Shown here piece after piece: positions 20,870 through 33,400 of a stretch of DNA of 64,000 nt. This DNA is from Pocillopora damicornis (lineage: Eukaryota): NCBI RefSeq assembly GCF_003704095.1, contig NW_020847757.1:186001-250000 (forward strand), in the 5' to 3' direction. Below the pieces are notes generated by a model that saw only the letters and a list, made by a program, of their open reading frames with translations, had not been told where the DNA came from and did no database searches. The translations under genes and the position numbers were made by a program. How positions within the stretch are numbered: position 1 is the stretch's first letter; every line of letters starts with the position of its first letter.

Positions 20870-22384
20870 ATGATTCGGCTGAGGTGTCGTACATCGAGAA
20901 AGAGAGCTTGTGTAGCAAGCACGTGTCTGCTTTTCAGATCCTTTCTATGTTCAAAAGCTTCAACTTCTGTTCATACCCATGGAAACGGCCAAAATGTAGA
21001 GACTGAAACGACGATGAAACACTACATTAAGACTGGTAAGGTAACGGATGCCGTAAGGCTATTTGAAGAGAGCAGGAACGGTGGAAAGTCGTGGAAAATA
21101 GACGGTTGTTACTCTTGGCTATTACATTTGTTTGTGCAACACAATGAACATGAAGCTGTAGACAAGCTGTACGAAGACATTAAACGAAATGCTATTTTCA
21201 TTGGCGAAGGAGCTAAATTCTCGATGATTAAATCTTACAGCAATCGGGGACTTTTTGACCTGGCTGTCGGCATGCTGCACGCCATTGTGGAAAGAAATAT
21301 AGCTCACCACACTCGTCATTATGATTATATCATTACCTCTATGGCCAAGAGGGGACAATCGAGAAGAGCTTTGCGGGTCTTTGAGGAGAAACTAGAAAGG
21401 TTGGAAAATTTCGGAATTAATGAAAACATGTCTGCGCCAATCAAAGACATGATTGAATTGCTTCTTAACCCTAAAAGTCTCCCAGTTAAAGAGAACGATC
21501 ATGGTAAGGAAGGCAAAGTTGATACAAACCATCACAAGAAAATGTCAAATATGGTTTTTAGTTATCTTCAACAAACTGGTGAAAGGTTACCGGTTAAATT
21601 GCTTGTAGCAGTTCGCTCTTGGCTGAATCACGACCCTGTTTATCACTGGAAGTGGAAATACAGCAGAATAAGCGAAGTAGGAACATGCTCATCTTGTGGA
21701 AATCAATTGATGAGTGGCATCCTCCCAGGAGATATACAACAATTGGAAAGGGAGCTAATCAAACTGTCCAACAGCCCTCAACTGGTTATTTCCAAAGTGG
21801 CAGGTGAAAATCTGGACAAGAAAATACAGAAAGAGTTGGAAGAATTGAAGAGCTTTATTCAAAGAAGAGGACCATTTGATGTGGTAATTGATGGCATGAA
21901 TGTTGCTGCCTATGGCTCAGGAGCAAATATGTCATTTTCCACAGACAGGCTGGTAGCCACGGCACATCACTTTGCGGCGCAACAAAAGAAAGTGCTTGTG
22001 ATAGTAAACAAAGTTTGGAGAACTTCTGTCTACAAGCTTGAAGATGTTTGTGCTGTTTTCAGGAACAAGTTTAAAAATGATGACTTGTATGTTTTGTATG
22101 CTGCAGCTTTCAGTGGAATGCAACAAGTTGAGGTTGTCACCAACGACAGACTCAGAGATCATCGCCTTCTGCTTCCTAGCAATGTTTGGTGGACATATTT
22201 AAGATGGACAAGACTAAACTGTGTATCCTTCACAGTCAATGAAAGAGGGAAACTGGAATTTTTCAGGCAAAAAGTTGATCCAGTGGTGCAGCGTAGTGGC
22301 AGCTCCTGGCACTTCCCTGTTGAGGATCGATCATGGAGATGTGCGACAAAATCAGGAATTAAGAGATCACAAATCAAAAATTAG
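20870..22384 (+). CDS. PRORP: Protein-only RNase P catalytic subunit (PRORP/MRPP3-like), paralogue 2; intronless
   Basis: Single ORF. ATG 20870 (MIRLRC) aligns with the paralogue 1 start (MRLRY); an upstream in-frame ATG lies at 20807. It has about 4 PPR-like repeats, CSSC, GPFDVVIDGMNV, NDDLYVLYAA, VVTNDRLRDH and SWHFP...WRC. Confidence 0.92.
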   Translation: MIRLRCRTSRKRACVASTCLLFRSFLCSKASTSVHTHGNGQNVETETTMKHYIKTGKVTDAVRLFEESRNGGKSWKIDGCYSWLLHLFVQHNEHEAVDKLYEDIKRNAIFIGEGAKFSMIKSYSNRGLFDLAVGMLHAIVERNIAHHTRHYDYIITSMAKRGQSRRALRVFEEKLERLENFGINENMSAPIKDMIELLLNPKSLPVKENDHGKEGKVDTNHHKKMSNMVFSYLQQTGERLPVKLLVAVRSWLNHDPVYHWKWKYSRISEVGTCSSCGNQLMSGILPGDIQQLERELIKLSNSPQLVISKVAGENLDKKIQKELEELKSFIQRRGPFDVVIDGMNVAAYGSGANMSFSTDRLVATAHHFAAQQKKVLVIVNKVWRTSVYKLEDVCAVFRNKFKNDDLYVLYAAAFSGMQQVEVVTNDRLRDHRLLLPSNVWWTYLRWTRLNCVSFTVNERGKLEFFRQKVDPVVQRSGSSWHFPVEDRSWRCATKSGIKRSQIKN

Positions 22385-22590
22385 CCTACAATAAATACAT
22401 CCTCATCGACAACAAATAAAGATAACTTCAAAGGTGTAACATCGAGACAGGGTTGACTGACTTTGCGATACAAATGTAAAGTGCATGTATTTGAGACTTG
22501 TATGCCAAGCTTGAGTTCAAACTGGGTAGGATTAATTTGAATTAGTCAAAGAAAGGCCAAAATTCACATGTGATGTGTCCCTTGCATGTC

Positions 22591-22806
22591 TTAACCCTTT
22601 AACTCCCAAGATCTCATTGGTATTTCTCCTTACTGTCTACCATACAGTTCTTGTGATCTTAGTTTGGAGAATTTGGTATTGGATCAACTAATAGGTAATC
22701 CCCTAATTGATATTTTTCCTTTTTCTTGTCACTTTTCTGCCTTATATTGTCTTGATATTGTAAGGAGAAATTCTGTCTTGGTCACTCATGGGATGTAAAG
22801 GGTTAA
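22591..22806 (+). mobile_element. TTAA MITE, family A
   Basis: TTAA-CCCTTTAACTCCCA...TGGGATGTAAAGGG-TTAA. Confidence 0.88.
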
Positions 22807-23426
22807 TGTTGTTCATGCCAAGCACCTGTCCAAGATTGGGCCTTCTCCTGAAAATCATGGTATTTTATGTAATCTTGGAATATTTGGTAGGTGCTATCAG
22901 AAAAGGATAAACGCATCCAGCCATTCATGGAATTTTAAAGAAAACTAGAAATTCAGTTTTTATTTGCTGTTTTCCTCAACATTGCCATCCTGTGTGTGTG
23001 TTAGGCCCTAATGTTAAGTAGGACATGTTGCATGGTGGCCCCAACAAAATCTGTGAAGAAGACTAGATCATTATATGGTTCATAATTTCTGGTGTTGTGG
23101 ATACTGTACTTTGTTAGTTTACTGATAATGTAACCCCTCCTTTCTCCCTAAACAAGATGGGCAAAACCAAAACTGGTAAATTATACAATAAACCACTTTG
23201 CATTGTTTCACTGTTTAATCTTAAACTACTTTCCACTTGGTAATTAGTCAAGTTATGACTACACTTTATAGAAAAAGTGAACACGTGATTTGAGCAAATG
23301 TTAACCACTTCACTTGCTGTAATGTAAGCTTTGCCTGAAAACATGGCTGTAAATCTTGCTTTAGCACCTCACTTGAATAGGGCAAAGTTGAAAGGGTAAA
23401 GTTCCGCAAACATTGTCAAGTTTTGG

Positions 23427-26400
23427 TCATTTGCCAAACATCTTTGAATAGATTTGTTTTTCTTTGTTGCGTTGCTCCTCCTTTAACTTCTTTAGTCTTG
23501 CCATCTCATTCTTTATGCCTGAAAAAAACCAAGAGTGCAAATCTAAATTATTTCACCAGTATAACAACTTGTTTTTACTGGTATGATACCACATTCTGAC
23601 TGGGAATGATTGAGTTGGGTGACAATGTTCAAAGCCCAATAAGCTAGACAACAAATGCAACTGACATGGCAATGTCATAACTTTGCACCCAAGGAACATT
23701 ATAACAGGGTTTTGCACAACTCCGCTCTACAACAAATGCAGTACCTTAGCAGTGAAGGAGGGACCCCAACAAATGGCTTTCCCCCCACAACCTACCTGTG
23801 TGGTAGATTGTCTTAAATCCAAATTCCTTCAACAACAGGACTGCATATTACTGATCAACTTGACATATTTAAAATGAACTTATCTTCCTACTTTGAAATA
23901 TTTCTTACTAATGTCCACCCTTGTTAGAGGTGGTTGACAAATTGGTTAAAAAGAAGTTCCTTGAACACTAACTTATTCAAGGAAATAAAGAAACTTACTC
24001 TTGTCATTAGGTTCCAATTTAGCAGCAGCCTGAAAATCAACCTGTTAAACAGCAACAAAAAAAAGGGTATTCATCTCAATTGTTTGAATTAAATGTCAAA
24101 AACCTAAAAAAACACTAGAAAGAGTGGGTACCATTGCTTGATCAAAGTCTTGCATGTTCATTTTAGCCTGTCCTCTTCTGTAGAGAGCTTTTACATTTTT
24201 ATCATCAAGATCCAGCACCTTGAAGAAGGAAAAATATGTATGATTTGCCTTGAATTTATATTTTTACAAGAAAAGAAAGGCTAAAAAGTTGACATAACCT
24301 CATTAGAGCTTCCCTCTCCTAAAACGAGGGGGAGAAAGGATTTTTTTTCCAGGGAAGGGGGCAGATGTACACAGGCCTGAGACCAGGGATAACCAGTGGG
24401 GTAACTAAAACAGAAGTACTGCAACTGGTATGGAGATTTTAATAACACTTTAAAACATAAATTTTAATTGGGAGTTGGTTTCAAAAGAAATTGTGGAGCT
24501 GTATTTGTAGAAGAGTACAACAAGGTAGTTTGATATTATCAACTGAGTTAACACAAATTGGCCACCATAAAGAGTTTCAAAGCTGATATTTCAAGCATTA
24601 GCCCTTCATCAGAGGGACAGAGGGAATTATTTTTAGCCGCATGTTACACAAGGCAACTCTTGATGCTGATTTGTGGTGGCAACTGTCAATTTGTCCTTGC
24701 AAACTTTCCAAGGAACACTGCCTCTACCATGTGACAGATGTTTCAAACTCTCTAGTTGGTAGTTTGAAGTACAAATGAACTGTACCTCATTACAATCTTC
24801 TACAGCTCCTGCATGGTCTCCCAGCTTAATTTCACAAAAGGCTCTGTAAATGTTAAATTCAACAATCTGTGATACCTTTTTCTTGAAAGACTAAAAATGT
24901 AATTAAAAATGGCTTTCTTCACCATACACAAAATCCATACTTTTTATCCACCAATTTTTGTTTTTCAATAAGGGAATCAAAAGAAGAGTTACTTGTTAGT
25001 GGAGAAATTTATGATCTATAGACTATTCTAAAATAACGTTTGTGCTGATACACATAAGTACAGTGCAATACATCAGGAAATGTTTGGCTTCAGATAAATT
25101 AAGAGAGGGTTCTTGGTGTATAGCCTCACCTGTTTAAAAAGCAACTTATTGTCAAGGATTGTATCTTCTCCTCCTGTATATTTTCTTCCTTTACTTTTTC
25201 AGCTTTTTCCCCTTCTTCTTCACTCGAGGATGTTTCCTCATCAGAATCAGAGTGATTTAGATAGCTAGAGGATAGAGACAAAGTCATTGATCAAGACTTA
25301 AGGCCCCTTTTCTGTCATTTTTCTTTAAAAAATTTGAGGCGATAGCTTAAAAAACAATTTAAGTTCATCTTACCGCAGTGTCTTGGAGTATTTCTTTTTG
25401 GCTAGTTCATAATTTTGGGCCTTGAACTGTTCATTTCCAATACCCTTCAGTGCCTCTGCTGCAGCTAATACTTCTTCGGGCTGAAATAACAACAACTCCA
25501 CTTTCAGCAAATTTAGGACATCCATTTGCTATGCTATAGGTACACAATCATGTTAAAAAAACAAAAATGCCTTACAGATTAGTATTAAGCTTGTTCTGTC
25601 TACCTTATCTAATGAATGAAAAATGTGGAAAAATGAAGCCCCTACATTTGCAACAAAGAGACTACCTTGCTGAAATCTAGATCAGAGTCTGTTGGCCAAT
25701 CTGGAAGCTTGTCTCCTGTTCCATCATCAGCGCATATGCCATCATCTTCCCCTGGTTGCAGCTCACCACAGTCATCAATGACACATAGCTAAGAGAGGAA
25801 ATGACACAATTAAATCTGGTCAAATCATCACCATCATCTTTTATTTACATCATTAACACAATTACACATTACATTAACCCTAAACCCTAAGCCACATCAA
25901 AATATTTGAAACTGATTTATGCACCTTGCATATCAGACCTGGCAATGTTCCTAGCTTGCCTTCTTTCAATATCAGAAATGGCCCATTAACTCTTTTACTT
26001 CCAAGAGTGACTCCACATATATTTCTCTTAAAAATTTTAATACATTTTCAAGCAGAAATTAAAGGTGATGAGAGGAAGAAATAAATCAGCTGATAAAATT
26101 TTTTTATTTAATAACAAGCTCTAAGCACCAAAATTATGAGAAAAGTAGGGCATACAGAACAGAGAAGTAACGTTTAGTTCTGTAGAGTGAAAGGGTTGAG
26201 GTGCTGCCCCAGGTTACAAGGCTACAGGAAGGCCAATAAACCCTCTGCACCCTGCTATCATCAGTATGCATATTCTCCACACTGTCATCCATACATTTCC
26301 TAGGGTCCTGACAAGGAGAATTTGTTCAACAATCAACAGCTTCTTTAGGTGACCAACATTTCCTTTGTTCTCATGACCTTAAAGTGTGATTTAGGGGGAA

Positions 26401-28250
26401 ATAATGTAAGGAGAATTTAGATGCTTGTCATTCTTAAGGATCAAAGAGCTAATAACAAAGTAGTATCAGTGACGCACCTTTTTAGGTTTACTTTCATCCA
26501 CAGGTGTATTTTCAAGTTCTTTAACAACACTCCATCCCTTGGTGACCTTACCGAAGACAACATGCTTCCCATCAAGATGTGGTGTTGGTACCGTTGTGAT
26601 GAAAAACTGTGAACCATTAGTGTTTTCACCAGCATTTGCCATTGAAAGAAGGCCACGTTTATCATGCTGTGATAAGATAAACAAAACAAAAAAGTTAAAG
26701 CAAGGGATTTCTTGACTGTTTTTGAAGGAAAACAACCCTAGAGTAGTCTATAAAAGTTTTTGGAAGTCTTAGGGATTTAAAAGCAATGCTTGTATTAAGA
26801 AAAACTTTTTAAGTGCAATGTTTAGTACTATGAAAGATTTTGCAGATTTTTTGGTAATTGTGCATCATTGTGCAGGTGAGGCCAAATTTTGCACACCCAA
26901 CTCGTGTACCCAGATAGAAGCCCTAACTCATTGGACAGAAGGCCGACTGAAGGGTTTTGCAGCTTGGGCTTGCACCTTTAAGTGGCAATGAACCTTGCAC
27001 CAGTGATTTATGAGAAAAATGTTTCCTACAGTGTACCTTCCTAACTACCTAATGGTAAACTCATGGCATGTTGCAACAAAGCAAGATTGGTCATGGACAA
27101 AATACCAGAGATGGGAGATCAGCAAAATATAGGAATTTTAAAACACCTTTCTTTTAAACTAAACAAGTCATGACAAAACCCCACAGAAACATTTGCTACC
27201 TTTAATTCAAAGTTCTCATCCTCAAACTTTTCACCATAGATAGATTCTCCCCCAGTTCCATCACCATTGGTGAAATCTCCACCCTGCACCATGAAACCTT
27301 TAATGACTAAAGCCAGAAATCAAAATTGTCAAATAAGCAACAGTTTTCCTATACTGTCATTGGCTGTGTTTATTATGGTATAAATATAATTATGAAAAAA
27401 TGGTGAAGACTGGCAAATCATACCTAACACAAGATTGTCTGTAATGACTTATTGCAGGACAACATATGAAAGTACTTACTTCTGTGAAAGGTGCAGCCTT
27501 TGTAATGAAGTGGTTTCCCAGATATAGAAGCATTCCCTTTGTCTCCAACACACAAAGCCCGAAAGTTCTCTGCAGTCTTTGGGCACTTGTCAGCAAATAA
27601 TTCGAAGACTATTCTACCTACTGATGAATGACAAAGGTAGATAATGGCATGATCAAAAACTCAATTCAGGGTCCTGATTTGTTTAAAGAGGCACTCAATT
27701 CTATAACCATGGATGCTAATTCTTACATTTCCCTTCATATTATCCTTGATAAATTTGCAATTTTTTATTCAGAAACCATCCCCCCCCCCCCAAAAAAAAG
27801 TTTCAATGATCCCCTGTGGGGAGGGGGCACGTTTAATCAAGCAATAAAGTACAAAGTACCACCAAGGCAAGTTTCTGCATGGTAACCTTAACTTTAACAC
27901 AGATCAAACATGGAACCATTTTAAGCTTAAGTCGATCAAAAATAGTTGACAAATGATAATTGAATTAACATGCAGCAAATTTTGAAAATTAATCTATTTT
28001 GGTCTAAAGAGTTCTTCAACACCATAACGACCTCTTTTTCAGACCGCATCAAAATGTACAGCTATCACTCAATTTGCACTCTGCTATATCGATTTTCAAT
28101 TAATTTTGAGCATGGATCAGTGAAACTAACTTGCACATGTTGTAATTTCGTTTTTAATCATCGCCTCGGAAAGAGAAAATCTGGTTCCTTACCTCTCTCG
28201 TCACCGATGGAAACGTCAAAGAAACATCTTGGGTTTTCATTGTCGGACAT
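23427..28250 (-). CDS. PPID: Peptidyl-prolyl cis-trans isomerase D (cyclophilin-40, cyclophilin + TPR)
   Basis: 11 exons: 28250-28193, 27620-27480, 27306-27200, 26666-26478, 25788-25666, 25480-25374, 25264-25130, 24843-24786, 24218-24132, 24041-23999 and 23518-23427. Motifs: [37 protein letters not shown]-like, [40 protein letters not shown]-terminal EKQIYSKMF. Confidence 0.96.
25986..26452. mobile_element. Two adjacent degenerate TTAA MITEs (25986-26199 reversed; 26236-26452 family B)
   Basis: Degenerate TIRs and internal homology to the other copies, inside a PPID intron. Confidence 0.7.
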
Positions 28251-28499
28251 TTTAGCTAAGAATTCTGCAGAAAAATATTGAGGACACAAATAAGGTTTGA
28301 CGAGGAACTCCGCACACGAGTACAGACAAAAAAATTTGTACTGTCACATGTGTTGTGTCACATGGTACCAAAGAGAAACCGCTGAATCAGCTGATTGTCC
28401 ACGGGACATTATATGGATGTTACATAATGGATTTATTGTTGACGAACAAGATGGCGTCTGGCAAAGTATATTGAATCATGCAAAGTTGCATCAAAAGTC
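28251..28499. promoter_or_regulatory. Bidirectional promoter PPID/SMIM20
   Basis: 249 bp separate the divergent ATGs. Tandem GTCACATG E-boxes at 28343-28350 and 28357-28364. YY1-like CAAGATGGCG at ~28447-28456. Confidence 0.6.
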
Positions 28500-29639
28500 A
28501 TGTCTAATAAAGTTAAGACAGGGATCTTTATCGGGGGATTTGTAGCATTCACTCTTGCCGCGTTGTATCCTGCTGTGATCTATCCAAAATTGCACCCAGA
28601 GGTTTTCCGTAAGTATTTAAGGCTATGATATGATATGTAACTTAAAGTAGGCTGCTGAAGCTTTTAGAAAATTGTTGATGTGTGTAAGGTTCCTTGTGCA
28701 TCAAAATGTTGGTAGTTCTTTCAATGTTGTTAACTTGGTACTTGATCGAAAAAAGAACTGATAATTGCAGTGTTCCATTGTCATGGTTGCTGCAGGTCAG
28801 GAAATTGTCTAAGAAAAATAAATTTCTTCATGATCAAGGCCAGGCCCGTAGAGGTCAATTGAATGTCGGGGGATTTTGCTTTGAGTCAGGGAAATTTAAA
28901 TCTTGGAGAGAAGTCAGAGGAAAATGAAATGTTGGGAAAATGTGAAGTCGTTCATCTTTTCTTGGTCCTTTTTATGATGACAAATGATGACACTTTCCTT
29001 TTTGGTGATTTGTTTGTGAAAATGTCAATTCAGTTGATTTGGTCAGAGATTAATATGACGTTTTTTCTGGGGAAAGTCAGGGAATTTCAAAAACCTATGA
29101 CTGTGACAACCATAATTGTTTTCCTATTTTCCTTTTGTAGAGCAAATTCAGAATGAAACAAGAAAAGATATAAAACAGGAAGAGATTCAACCTGGAAGTA
29201 AGTCATAGCTTGGGTTTGGTGTATAATTCAGTTCTGTTTCATCTTAAAAAATATGGGAAAGATGTTAAGTTATAGCATTTGATATTGTTAAGAGGGAGAG
29301 GCTGTTTTCTTACAGTTGCCGCACTGGACTTAATGTGTAAGGCTTGGGGTTTGATACCTAGCTGGGTCATGGTGCTGTATTCTTGGTTAGATACTTTCAA
29401 AGTGCCCCACTCCACCGGAAAAAGTTCTGAAAAATTGTCAGGGAAGCCTGATGAAATGCTGGAGAGTAACCTGCAGTGAACAGCAGCCCATCCAGGGGAG
29501 AGTTAAGTAACTCTCTCAGTCACTTCTTGCTATAGAAACCAAGAAACCTTTTGGCTCAGGTGCAAACTTGGCACTTTTTTTAATCATTTTTATATTTTCA
29601 GATATGAAGGTCTGGTCTGATCCATTTTCAAGAAAATAA
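28500..29639 (+). CDS. SMIM20: Small integral membrane protein 20 (MITRAC7 / phoenixin precursor)
   Basis: Exons 28500-28608, 29141-29197 and 29602-29639 give MSNKVKTGIFIGGFVAFTLAALYPAVIYPKLHPEVFQQIQNETRKDIKQEEIQPGNMKVWSDPFSRK. This matches the SMIM20 pattern of a TM helix plus the QP-x-x-x-KVWSDPF tail. The gene is absent from the ORF track because the exons are short. Confidence 0.93.
29320..29570 (+). repeat. Degenerate SINE-like repeat
   Basis: Shares blocks (ctccacc..., aacctg...aaat.ctg, cagcccatccagg..gag) with 49260-49510. Confidence 0.55.
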
Positions 29640-30471
29640 ATCAAAAGAAGATGTTACAAAAAGACCTACTTTCAACTGCTTTTGGAGAAGAGGAACAGAG
29701 AGTGGAAAAGAATGCAAAGGGCACCTCTAGATATATTCTGTGAAAGAATTTTGTTGTGACAAGACCCCTGTTATCAGGAACAACATTCAGTGATGTAATG
29801 TGACTCGACAATAAAAAAAAAAAAAAAAAAAATTTGCAACAGAGATGTAATCTTTGAGTTTTAAATTGCTTGCATAAAAATAAGGCAGATGATTTTACAG
29901 TTTGGCAAACAGTTCATGGCAAAAAGTAATCTGTACTTTAAGGGGCTTATTCAGGGGTGGCACTTATTCAACAAAATTCATCACTCCCTTGTATTCATAA
30001 TTGTACTTTTCCTTGAATGTTGGAGATTCCACATTAATTTTGTGGCAAGGATTGCTACAACATCACAGTATCGGCAGACAGCTCACATCATACTGTTATA
30101 AAACACTTTATTTGCAGAAGTTTTGTCTTAAAATAACTACTAAAACCCAATATTATTGCAACTGCTTCTAAGCTTGGTTTATATTATTCCTTTAGTTCAC
30201 AATGTTGGAGTAATTTGAGAAGCCATCAATCTGCTAATGATAAATACGAATTCTTTGTACATTAAAATTTATTAATCACAGGTGCTTTGTGTTCTGGAAA
30301 AAAATAGCCTATGAGCCCATCATCATTTAGTTAATTATATAATAGTGGCTGCTTGGAATTCTGGTACATTTACATCAAGTGGAAACTATGGTCACTTGTA
30401 GTTGTAATTAAATTTGGAATAATTATATTTCTTTTCAAACTGCAACTTAGAATTTCTTGGTAAGATGAGTG

Positions 30472-33400
30472 TCATGTGACACGGCAATCTGATTTTTTTT
30501 GTTGCTCCTGAAATTAAAATTATAATTAGTCAAAACAAATATTCATGAAAGAATTGAAAATCAAAAATAACTGCATTCAGTCAAATAAAACAACAATGCT
30601 GAAAAATGAAATAATTATTTGGCTATCAACAGTAAATCAAGCTACTTGACAGCCACATCTAATGTTAAAAAGCAGATGTTTCAAGCATATGCCTACACTT
30701 GAAGTTGTTCCCATGTATTTCCTAACAGCAGTCATTGCAAATTATGATCAGGTTCCCCCACAGGTAAGAAGAACACTCTTAAGTGTTCCCCACTCTCAAC
30801 ATGTGGCTTCGTAGCCATCCGCAGGTCAAATGGAATTTATTTCATTACAAACAGTGATCTGATTCCTCTAAGGGAACCAAGATCACTCCAAAATGTGCCC
30901 TGCTCCCAACATGTGGCTTCAAAGCTCAGTTGGTAGTAATGCCCAACTAGTATCTGGGAAGCACAGGCTTGAATCCTGTTAACCCTTTAACTCCCAGATT
31001 AAATTTGTAATTCTCCTTACTGCCAACCTTACAATTCTTATAATGTTAGTTGAGAAAATTTAATATTGGATCAACTAATTATTCCCAAATTGATATTATT
31101 CTTTATTCATCACTCATCACTCATCTATTTGATATTGTATTGATACTGTAAGGAGAAATTCTGTCCTGGTCACTTATGGGAGTAAAAGGGTTGTAGCCAT
31201 TTGCTTGAATTGCAGGTCACCTCCAAGGATCATTGCTTTACTTGATTTTCATCCACTGGTCAAATGAAATTTATTTCATTACATATTAGGTGCTTTCATT
31301 TTTTCTTTGCCATGTTAACATTTCTTCTGATTGGCTTTGGTAATTAGCTTGGAGACTTCAAGAAAATGCACATACCTGTTGTCGTCTCCTTTGCTGCTCC
31401 TCTCTTTCAGATTCTGCCAGGGCTCGTGCTAAAGCTCGGTCTTCCTCTTCTTGTGTTGTGGGTGGTGGACTGGGGGACTTTGTCTTTGACTGATCTTGTA
31501 GAGAAGCTTGTATAGCTAAGGCTAAGGCCTCATCCTCACTCTATGAACAATAAAACATAGATATTTAAAAAATTATCTACAAGACTAGTGTTCTATGTTG
31601 TAATTTGATTGCCTGTCGATATTGCCATGCATCTGTACTGTAATAGATTACAGATGATGTCAAAATGATGAAAGAACAAAAAAGTGGCAAGTAAAGCAAA
31701 GCCAAGTGTGTTGCTGATGTTCTTACCACACTTTGATGTCATCTGTGATCTGAACAAACTTGCAGCAACATGGAAACTATTTGTTGTCTTATATAATAAA
31801 GAAAAAACATTTTCTTGGTTGTTTTGTCATCTACGGGTCTGTTCTTTAACAGATCATGAGTAAGAACCAATTAAAAAATGTGTGTTTAACCCTTTACACC
31901 CTAACATCAGTATTCATATTCTCCACACTGGTCTCTGTACATTTACTAAGGTGCTGAAAAGGAGAATTTGTCTAACAAGCAGGAGTTTCTTTAGTTCATG
32001 ATCAGTTCCTTTATTCTCATGACATTAATGTGTGATTCAGTGGTGATATTGTAAGGAGAAATTAGATGCCATCACTCTTAGGGGTAAAGGGTTAAGGGTT
32101 AATTCGGCTGATCCCATGAAGATGACAAATAAAGTGAGTGGCACTGTATTGTTGTTAAGTTTTGAGTGACTAAACTTTTCAATACTCATCCAGAACAAAT
32201 TAGATTCAATAAATTTGTGATTTTTTTTAATTGATATCAGTTGGTAATTGAAGAAGAGGACTTCCCCCTCACTAACAATCAAGTAATAAATCAAAATCTT
32301 GAGCTCATAACCTAATGTATAATTATCATAATAATTATAGAGGCTTATGACATCAGCTTCTGACAATAAGCTGCTGACATTATGACTGTCAGAAAAAATT
32401 TGACTCTGAAACAGTAGTAGAGGAAAGTATTTACCAATGCTGGTTGTGGAATTGGTTGAGGATTTGGGGCAGTCATTTGTCTTTCTCGTCTGGACCTATA
32501 AATCACACAGAAGTATGTCACACAAGAATTTTAGAATCCTGGGAATGCAACACTTGCAAGAGATTATGAGGCTCTAAACAAAAAGCTCTCTGATGATGCA
32601 CAACCTTACTGTTGAACATTACAACTAATAAAAATATTTGATTATCATAAAAATTTGATTGTGATGCCTAATTTAGTTGGATAAAATCCTGGATACACAG
32701 TACATTATGATTGGTCAGTTTTTTTTTTCAGTTAACCATTGCCTGTTTCCAATCAGAAAACAAGTACAAACCACATTAGAGGTTTTTTTTTAATTTTTTT
32801 TGTTTTCTCCACCTGGATGGGCAGTTTTTTAAATAACTTCTAGATTTTTCTGAACAGGGCAAGAGGAAATTTTAGAAAAGTTCAGCAGGAGCTTTTTACA
32901 AGATAGAACAAAAACAAACAGAAGCAAAATTTGATCTTCTCAACAACTACCAAGCTACCTACTCCATTGATACACATCTGGCTGCCACTAATGGGACAAA
33001 TATTTTAAGTAACCACCTTTTGTTGGCTTCTGTTATTTCTAAATGGTCAGGCAAAAAATATTAATTAAAACATAACCACCTGGCACAAAAATACATTCCA
33101 CAAGTGTACCTGTCCAAGTCTCTTCCTATTGATGACAAAGATGTTTGTTGTGGTTTCTTGTGTACTTTTGATGATGAAGCCACATTCTTTGCTCTGGTGG
33201 CTGCAGCTTCTCTTTAAATCCAAAATATAAAAACAATTTAAACAAAAACCCAAATAGCTTGAGGAATCAAATTTTACATTATTAAGGACAATTTAAAGAC
33301 AACTATTTGTGAAAGGGTTTATTGTAAATCACCAATTCTTTGAACAAATTTTTTTAAAGGGAAATATAAGACAAAAGTAAGAAACTTACCCTGCTTTCAA

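Noticed and set aside
18477-22377. Several antisense and alternate-frame ORFs inside the PRORP genes
   Set aside because: Shadow ORFs of real coding sequence with no independent motifs.
28451-28474. ATGGCG as the SMIM20 start
   Set aside because: This frame stops after 7 codons; the in-frame start is 28500. It is at most a uORF or YY1 site.
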